Virus record (IMG/VR): IMGVR_UViG_3300049732_000141
Origin: an uncultured virus (IMG/VR IMGVR_UViG_3300049732_000141)
Lineage: Duplodnaviria > Heunggongvirae > Uroviricota > Caudoviricetes
Reading direction: 5' to 3' (one strand)
DNA length: 20,000 nucleotides
This document shows positions 1 to 6,076 of the stretch, in pieces (position 1 is the first letter of the stretch; the number at the start of each line of letters is the position of its first letter). The notes beneath the pieces are model-generated. The model was not told the origin of the DNA and did no database searches. It saw only the letters and a program-made list of their open reading frames with translations. The translations under genes and the position numbers were made by a program.

Positions 1-2
1 TC

Positions 3-836
3 CCCTCGGTAATTGATCCCGAGCACCACGACCTTCCACTCCTGAGACACGGTCTTGAGGATCTCATGAGTGCAACGGGCGAAGCCGCTGTCGCAGCCCG
101 CGTCTCCCACCCATAGCAGCACTGGGCGCTCCCGCACGGGCGGGGGCGCGGAGGGCTTGGCCGGGCCGGTGTAGACGTAGTCCGGGCCGCCCCACAGGGG
201 CATCCTGACGCCCCGGCTGCCGGGTGTGAGCGTGCTGGCCACCTCGGCGTGCTGCACGAAGCTTGGCACGGAGGCCAAGATCTGCGGAATGCGGAGCGCC
301 TGCAGCCAATAGCGCATCGCCAGATCGTAGGCCCCGGTGCTGACTCCGCCGTCCGGCCCGGTCACGGTCGGGTTCTTTTCGAGGTAGGCGATGAGCCCCG
401 GCGCGAACTTCACATCGAGCGCGAACGCCTGCGTGCAGCAGAACACGGACGTCGGGTAGTTCCAACTCGTGAACTTCTGCATGGACCGGATCTTCGGGTG
501 GGGCACCGAGAAGGAATACATCGGAATCGAGGGCCGGGCATGGTCCGTCAACCAGCGCTCGACGCTGCCGAACAGGTCCTTGCACGGCTCGATGTCGTCC
601 TCCAGAAAGAGAATGAAATCGGAGCCAACCTGCAGCGCCCGGTGCAGGCCCTCCTTCAGCGCGGAGATGACGTTCTCCGTGGCCGTTCGCTGGTTGGAGC
701 AGAGGACGTTCACCTCGGGCATGCCGAGCGGATCGTCCGCGTGCGACCTCTGAATGAGATCCAGTGTCCTCTTACAGATGGTCTCCCGAGCGGGAGTGGT
801 GATCATGACCGCCGTGACTGTGAACTTCTCCTTCAT
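3..836 (-). CDS. Two-domain glycosyltransferase (N-terminal GT-A fold, then start of a GT-B/GT4-like domain); runs off the left edge
   Basis: Not in the ORF track because it has no stop in the window. Manual translation from ATG 836 (ATGA overlap with the upstream stop) gives MKEKFTVTAVMITTPARE...DFILFLEDDIE...PSFVQH..., a Pro-rich linker, then PVLLWVGDAGCDSGFARCTHEIL...VVVLGINYRG. FLEDD and VQH are GT-A motifs; the WVGD..SGF segment resembles a GT4 N-terminus. Confidence 0.75.
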   Translation of the reverse strand, partial: MKEKFTVTAVMITTPARETICKRTLDLIQRSHADDPLGMPEVNVLCSNQRTATENVISALKEGLHRALQVGSDFILFLEDDIEPCKDLFGSVERWLTDHARPSIPMYSFSVPHPKIRSMQKFTSWNYPTSVFCCTQAFALDVKFAPGLIAYLEKNPTVTGPDGGVSTGAYDLAMRYWLQALRIPQILASVPSFVQHAEVASTLTPGSRGVRMPLWGGPDYVYTGPAKPSAPPPVRERPVLLWVGDAGCDSGFARCTHEILKTVSQEWKVVVLGINYRG

Positions 837-2227
837 GCCATCCTCGCAGCGATGAGCAGCACCGACGTGAACGTGGCGTTGCCGAGCTTCAGGTTGAGGT
901 GCGGTTCGAGTTGGAACGGCTGGTGATCGACGTAGGCGTCGTGCGGGTGCGTGCCCGGCGTCAGCAGGATCGGCCACAGGCGGTTGCCCTGCTGCGCCAC
1001 CAGATGCGTGAGTTCGATCAGGTGCGCCCCGGTGAACACGCAGAGGTTCTCGGCCTCGAAAGGCGTCCCGCCGATCAGGAACTCCGTCGTGTGCGCCGCG
1101 ATGCCGCCGTGCTTCAGGCAGCGCATCTGGTTGAGGAAGAAGTTCATCCCCGCCCGCACCCCGCCAAGGTGCTCCAGACACGACGTGGACCACGTGAAGT
1201 CGAACCGGCCGTGCAGGCCGATGGGGATGTCCCGCATGTCCACCGGCTGGTAGGCCACGTTCCGGTCGAAGGTCGGCTTGCTGGTGATGCCCTCGTAGGG
1301 CAGGTCCGCCAGCGCCGCAGCGTGCTGCGCCGTGTTCCACACGCCCGGCGCGGGTCGGTCCGTGGCTACCACCGAGGCTCCCTGCTCCGCGAACCAAGCC
1401 GGGAGGCGCTCCTTGCCCACCCCGAACCCGAGGACGTTGCGCGGGTGCCCGCTGCCGAACCGATCCACGAACGCCTGCGCGATGCTGCAGTGCTCCCACA
1501 GCTTCCGGTGGATCTTCTTGAAGGCGTCGAGTTCCTTCATGCGGGCCTCGAACCACGGCTCGTCGAAGTCCGAGCGCCGCACGCGCCGGGGCCCAAGGCC
1601 ACGGTGGAACAGGAAGCGCTCGAAGTCGTCGGGGAAGTCGAAGTCATCGGTGCCGTCGTCGGGGATCTCCACGTGGTGGCCCCAGTCCCGGATGTCGTTC
1701 GGCTCCGTGTCCACCGGGTGACCCGTGAAGGCGCAGTAGGCGGGCCAGTCGCTGCCGGGACCAGCCCGGTGCAGCGCGTCCGCGTAGACGTCGTGGTCCT
1801 CGGGACCGAAGGAGCAGCCGAACATCTCCGCGCCGGGCTTGCCTGTGGCTGCGCTTGGCTTCAGGCGGGCGAAGTGCGTCCAGCCGAGCCCGTGGTCCTT
1901 GACCATGATGTCGGCCGCCGCCTCGGTGAGATACACGTCACCGAGCACGACGAGCGTGCGGTCTGTCAGATGCCAGAACGGCCGAGTCGCCAGCCGCGCC
2001 ATCGCGTTGCTGGACTCGTAGGGGATCGTCACCGTCCGCGCCCCGAGTGCGTGGTAGGGGTGATGCGGATGGCAGGTGATCACGATGTCGCTGATCCCTC
2101 GCGCCTGCAGCAGACGAACGGTGCGGTCGATCAAACGCTCCCCGTTCACCATCGCTTGGTGCTTGCGGACGCCAAGGTAGTTGTTCCACCGGCTGCCGCT
2201 CCCGGCGGCCGTGATAATCGCTCTCAT
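833..2227 (-). CDS. Nucleotidyltransferase (NTP_transferase/LicC-like) fused to a class I SAM-dependent methyltransferase
   Basis: N-terminal IITAAGSGSRW...K...NGERLIDRTVRLL...LGDV is the sugar/choline-phosphate nucleotidyltransferase signature. C-terminal VLGFGVGKE...ATD...FDFTWSTSCLEHLG...LKHGG matches SAM methyltransferase motifs. RBS AAGGGAG. Confidence 0.8.
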   Translation of the reverse strand: MRAIITAAGSGSRWNNYLGVRKHQAMVNGERLIDRTVRLLQARGISDIVITCHPHHPYHALGARTVTIPYESSNAMARLATRPFWHLTDRTLVVLGDVYLTEAAADIMVKDHGLGWTHFARLKPSAATGKPGAEMFGCSFGPEDHDVYADALHRAGPGSDWPAYCAFTGHPVDTEPNDIRDWGHHVEIPDDGTDDFDFPDDFERFLFHRGLGPRRVRRSDFDEPWFEARMKELDAFKKIHRKLWEHCSIAQAFVDRFGSGHPRNVLGFGVGKERLPAWFAEQGASVVATDRPAPGVWNTAQHAAALADLPYEGITSKPTFDRNVAYQPVDMRDIPIGLHGRFDFTWSTSCLEHLGGVRAGMNFFLNQMRCLKHGGIAAHTTEFLIGGTPFEAENLCVFTGAHLIELTHLVAQQGNRLWPILLTPGTHPHDAYVDHQPFQLEPHLNLKLGNATFTSVLLIAARMA

Positions 2228-2264
2228 GTTGGGCTCCCTTCTTCACGTGCGTTCATTCGTCTTA

Positions 2265-2304
2265 CCCCGCCCGCTGATCTGGCTTTCACCGGGAGCGGGC
2301 GGGG
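2265..2304. other. Stem-loop with an 11-bp perfect stem in the intergenic leader of the glycosylation module
   Basis: CCCCGCCCGCT (2265-2275) pairs with AGCGGGCGGGG (2294-2304). On the minus strand the inner part can form a GAAA-capped hairpin. No U-tract follows on the minus strand. Confidence 0.6.
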
Positions 2305-2360
2305 CCTTTCTGGTTAGCGCATATCAACCTCTGGTTTGGGGTCTTAGCCCGTGCCAGCCG

Positions 2361-2369
2361 AGAATACCA
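2361..2369 (-). promoter_or_regulatory. Possible extended -10 promoter (TGgTATTCT)
   Basis: TGnTAnnnT pattern immediately after the stop of 2375..2746, about 135 nt upstream of ATG 2227. Confidence 0.35.
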
Positions 2370-2374
2370 CAGCC

Positions 2375-2746
2375 TTACGCGCCAAGCGAGACTTCAGTGA
2401 TCAACCCGCGCCCGGTCTCCGGGTCCACGACGGCCGCCGGAGTCCCGAGGATGGGTCCCGTGCGCCCGTCAGGAAGTGTAATCCGGTCCTTCGGGTTGAT
2501 CGCCGGGGAAACGTCCCCAACGATGGTCAGAGTGGCCATCACAGGCACCAGCTTGCCGGTCGAAGTCATGCTCTGCTTCTGCTTGTAATCGACCACCGCA
2601 CGGAGCGATTCCGCCGCCGAATACGTCGGCGTTCCGGACGTCGTTTGCCCGGTCCACCGCTCCAAGGTGACCGTGGCCTGCACGCCCTTCGTCAGGGTGT
2701 CTGCAATTCCGATGCCAGTTCGAAGGATCTCAAGCGGAAAAGCCAA
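2375..2746 (-). CDS. Putative head-closure (head-tail joining) protein
   Basis: 123 aa, beta-rich (VTLERWTGQTTSGTPTY...INPKDRITLPDG), directly after the head-tail adaptor gene. Call rests on size, motif resemblance and synteny. Confidence 0.6.
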   Translation of the reverse strand: MAFPLEILRTGIGIADTLTKGVQATVTLERWTGQTTSGTPTYSAAESLRAVVDYKQKQSMTSTGKLVPVMATLTIVGDVSPAINPKDRITLPDGRTGPILGTPAAVVDPETGRGLITEVSLGA

Positions 2747-2747
2747 C

Positions 2748-3335
2748 TTAGCCTCCCATCGCCCGCAGGATCAGGGGGCGCTTCACCGAGGGCTGCTCGA
2801 ACCACGAGGGCACCAGCAGCCGCCGCACCTCGCCGGGCACGGCCAGCGAGACGTAGTTGAACTCGGAACCCATGAGGCGGATCTGCGTGTCCATGTCCTC
2901 GACCGAGGTGCCCTTGCTCTGGAAGGAGACGGCCACGGACCCGGCGCGAACCGAGGCCACGCCCTGCTTGGCCGCCTCGTTATCCGCGATGAAGTTGGAC
3001 CCGGCCAGCATCTGGTAGGCCCACTCACACTGCGCGTCCTTCAGGGGCTGCGTGATGGAGGCCGCGCCGCTCTCCGCGATATCAAACCCGTTCCGCGTCT
3101 GCATGCCGCTGCGGGGCCACGTGAGCGCCTGCACGGCATCGACCGCCGAACCAGTCCACGTGAAGTTGGCGTCGAGGGCGCGGGCCGCGTGGATCAGCGC
3201 CGCTTCCTTCTGCGCGTCCGTCGCGTCGAGCACGGACTGCACCACCGGCAGGCGGTTCTCCGCGTAGGCTTCGAACTCAAGGAGGGTGGCGTAGCTGTTC
3301 TGAGTCGCTGCGCCGGGAGTCGTGTCAAGGGCCAT
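2748..3335 (-). CDS. Head-tail adaptor/connector (DnaT-like phage family)
   Basis: NSYATLLEFEAY...KEAALIHAARALD...G...QALTWPR...LKDAQCEWA pattern of phage head-completion proteins, located downstream of the major capsid gene. Confidence 0.75.
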   Translation of the reverse strand: MALDTTPGAATQNSYATLLEFEAYAENRLPVVQSVLDATDAQKEAALIHAARALDANFTWTGSAVDAVQALTWPRSGMQTRNGFDIAESGAASITQPLKDAQCEWAYQMLAGSNFIADNEAAKQGVASVRAGSVAVSFQSKGTSVEDMDTQIRLMGSEFNYVSLAVPGEVRRLLVPSWFEQPSVKRPLILRAMGG

Positions 3336-3931
3336 TACTGCTCTCCGTATTTGGCCATGATGGAGGCCAACTGCTGATAGTGCGTAGCGAAACTCACCAT
3401 CGTTGGAACCGGCGGGGTGATTTGCGCCCCACCCATCATAACACCAACGACCCGGCCTTTCCTATCGACGATGGGACCCCCGGACATCCCTCGGAGCCCC
3501 GGGGCCGTCACGACCTGCACGGTCGTATCGTCCACCTCGGCGGTATCGGCCATGTGCAGACCCTCGAAAAACAGCAGGACCGGAGGCGTGCTGAACCCGA
3601 GGACGAGCACCTCATCCCCGCGTAGAGGCGGGGGTCCGAGGCGCAGCGCGGGTTGCCCCTTGGCTGCCTTCAGCACCGTCAGGCTGGAGTCCCCGGGAAT
3701 GGCCTCGACAATCTGGACGAGAGCCCCGCCGTTGAGGGTCGTCGTAGGCACGTGGGAAGCATCGAGACAGTGGGTGGCCGTCACAAAGAGGGCCCTCTTC
3801 TGATGAATCGAAAACGCCGTGCAGATGCCATCGGCAATCTCCAGTTTGCCGAGGCTCCTTTCCAGCCGGTCAATCGGCCAAGACATGGCAAGGGACAACA
3901 GGACCCCCGGCAGGAACAGCGCTCGTCTCAT
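3335..3931 (-). CDS. Trypsin-like serine protease with a possible signal peptide
   Basis: VTATHC (catalytic His) and GMSGGPIVDRKGRVVGV (catalytic Ser). N-terminus MRRALFLPGVLLSLAMS is basic then hydrophobic. RBS AGAGGTGA. Confidence 0.85.
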   Translation of the reverse strand: MRRALFLPGVLLSLAMSWPIDRLERSLGKLEIADGICTAFSIHQKRALFVTATHCLDASHVPTTTLNGGALVQIVEAIPGDSSLTVLKAAKGQPALRLGPPPLRGDEVLVLGFSTPPVLLFFEGLHMADTAEVDDTTVQVVTAPGLRGMSGGPIVDRKGRVVGVMMGGAQITPPVPTMVSFATHYQQLASIMAKYGEQ

Positions 3932-3953
3932 AAGGGAATCACCTCTCGCAGAT

Positions 3954-3962
3954 ATCTTACCA
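3954..3962 (-). promoter_or_regulatory. Possible extended -10 promoter (TGgTAAGAT) for the protease gene
   Basis: TGnTAnnAT, 22 nt upstream of ATG 3931, just after the capsid-gene terminator. Confidence 0.45.
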
Positions 3963-4005
3963 GAAAGAGAAGCGGGCGGGCGAGGGGTTCCCTCCCCGGC
4001 CGCCG
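3962..4005 (-). terminator. Putative intrinsic terminator after the major capsid gene
   Basis: Minus strand: bulged GC stem (GCGG-cc-CGGG-GAGGG aac CCCTC-g-CCCG-CCCGC) followed by TTCTCTTTCT. A second 7-bp hairpin (CTGCGGC/GCCGCAG) lies at 4014-4030. Confidence 0.55.
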
Positions 4006-4033
4006 GTAGGTCGCTGCGGCTCAGCCGCAGGTA

Positions 4034-5107
4034 TTACGAGTGGAGTTCGTAGACGCCCGAGCGGCTCTGCGCGTCGGAGCGCACGAGCGGCGCACCGATG
4101 GCAAAGGCCTTGAAGTTGATCTCGAAGCCGCCGTATTCGTCCCACTGGATCGACTGGATGTTCTCGCCGTTGACCCACGAGGTGACATCCGACGTCATCT
4201 GGACCACGAGCACCTTGCCCGAGGGCATGGTGTCCGCCACGCGCACCGCCGCGATGCTGTCGATCTCCTCCAGACGCTGCCGGATCGTCTTGTCCGAGTT
4301 CGCCTTGAAGTCGTTCTCCAGCTTCACGCCCGCATCGGTCGGCACGTAGATGATATACGGGCCGAACATGCGGTCGGTGTGCAGCGCCGAGATGGCCTTC
4401 AGAGCATCCGCGAGGATGTTCTCGCCCGTCTTGGCCGACTGCGCCCAGTCGCCGTTGGCAATGAACGTGCCGTCGTTCCGGTCCGGGTGCGTCAGGTAGC
4501 CGTAGATCGGCAGGCCACCGAACGTCTTCGAGCCGTTGAACAGCATGTCCTCCATCGCCTCGGCCACGACACGGCCAGCCGTGCGGACCTGAGTCGTGTC
4601 GAGGGACTCGCCACGCTCACGCGAGGCCGCCAGCACGCGCAGGTTGATGAAGAAGTCCTTGTGGATGATCGGCAGGGGAAGCTGCGCGAGTTCGAACTCC
4701 TGACGGTCGTTGTGGCTGCGGCTGATGCCGTCCAGCGAGACCGTCGCGGGGTCCATGTCCGTCAGCTTCTCGTAGGCGAACACCGTCTTGCCGAGGGCGT
4801 TCGTCACCGGCTTGACGAGGCCGCGACCCATCAGGTCGGCCACGCCGACCAGCCGGATCTTCGCCTCTTCGAGCAGTGCCTCATCGAAGAACTTCCACTC
4901 CTCGTGGCGGAGGGTGTCCGCCGCACGGAGTGCCGAGGTGCTCAGAGCCTTGCCCTCCAGCGCCAGAGCCTTCAATTGGGCGGTCGCCCAACGTCCGGCC
5001 GCGCCGTTGAAGAACTGCTGGCCCGTGGAAACGGCACTCCGCAGAGTGCCGACGCGCCCGGCCGCCGCCGACCGGATGCCCTTCGTGTTGCTTCGCTTCG
5101 TCGCCAT
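4034..5107 (-). CDS. Major capsid protein (HK97 fold, linocin M18/encapsulin-like phage family)
   Basis: 357 aa with TLRHEEWKFFDEAL...RLVGVADL...LPIIHKDFFINLRVLAASR...LDT...GLPIYGYLTHP. Lies after the protease-scaffold and decoration genes. Strong RBS AGGAG. Confidence 0.88.
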   Translation of the reverse strand: MATKRSNTKGIRSAAAGRVGTLRSAVSTGQQFFNGAAGRWATAQLKALALEGKALSTSALRAADTLRHEEWKFFDEALLEEAKIRLVGVADLMGRGLVKPVTNALGKTVFAYEKLTDMDPATVSLDGISRSHNDRQEFELAQLPLPIIHKDFFINLRVLAASRERGESLDTTQVRTAGRVVAEAMEDMLFNGSKTFGGLPIYGYLTHPDRNDGTFIANGDWAQSAKTGENILADALKAISALHTDRMFGPYIIYVPTDAGVKLENDFKANSDKTIRQRLEEIDSIAAVRVADTMPSGKVLVVQMTSDVTSWVNGENIQSIQWDEYGGFEINFKAFAIGAPLVRSDAQSRSGVYELHS

Positions 5108-5146
5108 GTTGTTCTCTGTCTCCTGATTCTGCGCTTCGCTGCGCGA

Positions 5147-5587
5147 TTAGAGGAACTCGACCACGATGGCCGTTTCCACGGTGACCGCGCCGCCGGTGCT
5201 CTCGACCGCACGCGCAATCGGGTTCGTCGAGCCGCTGGCGTAAGTGCCGTCGCCAGCCGATTCGAGCAGTTCGTCCTCGGAGATGTTCTCGCCCGACGCG
5301 ACGTAGCCCACGGCACGCTCGCCCGACTTGAACACGCCGACCTTGACGTAGTCGCCGGACGCGTAGTCCGCCGACACCGTGCCCGAACCCTGACGCGTGT
5401 CGTCGATCCCCGCGCCCAGTTCGTCACGCTCCAGAGCCACGGCCTTGGGGACGAACCCCGTGCCCGTCTGCTTGGCGATGTCCGAGATGCCCTTGACGAG
5501 GTATCCCGGCTTGATCGTTTCGGTGGCCGCACCGTCCTCGTTGACGATGGGGCAGCCGACCTGCACCACACTTCGCTTCGTCGCCAT
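5147..5587 (-). CDS. Capsid decoration/cement protein
   Basis: 146 aa with IKPGYLV...VALE...YASGDYVKV...GENI...LLESAGDGT, immediately upstream of the major capsid gene. Confidence 0.7.
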   Translation of the reverse strand: MATKRSVVQVGCPIVNEDGAATETIKPGYLVKGISDIAKQTGTGFVPKAVALERDELGAGIDDTRQGSGTVSADYASGDYVKVGVFKSGERAVGYVASGENISEDELLESAGDGTYASGSTNPIARAVESTGGAVTVETAIVVEFL

Positions 5588-5650
5588 CTTGCTGTCTCCC
5601 TCTGCCGGTCCTGCCCGGCTGCTAGTTGTTCAGTTTCAGTTCCTGCCGGG

Positions 5651-6067
5651 TTAGCTGCCGGGCGTGAACTGCTGCCCGCCACTCGGGCGGATGCTGACAT
5701 CGGCTTCGAGCCCGCCGTCCACCGGCGCGGTCGCGGCCACGTTCGACACGAACCCGGAGAACATCCAGACGGCTCCGTCCGGGTATTCCAGATCGTATCG
5801 GTCCTTCGAGCCGCTGAGCCACGCTTCGAGCAGGCCGGTCAGCGCATCGTGAGTCGCCTCGCCCGAGGGGAGGAAGCCCAGTTTGAACTGAAGCTCGCCC
5901 TTCCGGCGAATGCCCACGACGTAGCTGTCGTCGTCGGAGTTGTGATTCGTCGTCTCGATGGGGTTGCGGGTCAGCGCGGGCGGGGTGATGTCGCGGAGTT
6001 CCGCGATGGCAGTCCCGTTCCGCTTGATGATCGTTCCCTGCGCGGAAATCGCTACGGATTCGGCCAC
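5651..6067 (-). CDS. Tail tube protein (lambda gpV N-domain-like), paralog A
   Basis: AISAQGT...IAELRDITPPALTRNPIETTNHNS...GIRRKGELQF...YPDG..W.FSGFV.......VDG.L.A.VSIRPSG, a siphovirus tube pattern. GTG start with RBS AAGGGGGG. Confidence 0.8.
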   Translation of the reverse strand: MAESVAISAQGTIIKRNGTAIAELRDITPPALTRNPIETTNHNSDDDSYVVGIRRKGELQFKLGFLPSGEATHDALTGLLEAWLSGSKDRYDLEYPDGAVWMFSGFVSNVAATAPVDGGLEADVSIRPSGGQQFTPGS

Positions 6068-6076
6068 GGTCCCCCC

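Noticed and set aside
64..585. 173-aa minus-strand ORF in the track
   Set aside because: Alternative frame of the glycosyltransferase gene that starts at 836; no motifs of its own.
2341..2357. Second sigma-54 promoter
   Set aside because: The -24 element TGGCACG is present but the -12 position reads AAGAC, lacking the required GC.
4034..5107. Cellular encapsulin or linocin M18 bacteriocin
   Set aside because: Terminase, portal, protease-scaffold and neck genes around it show it is a phage capsid protein.
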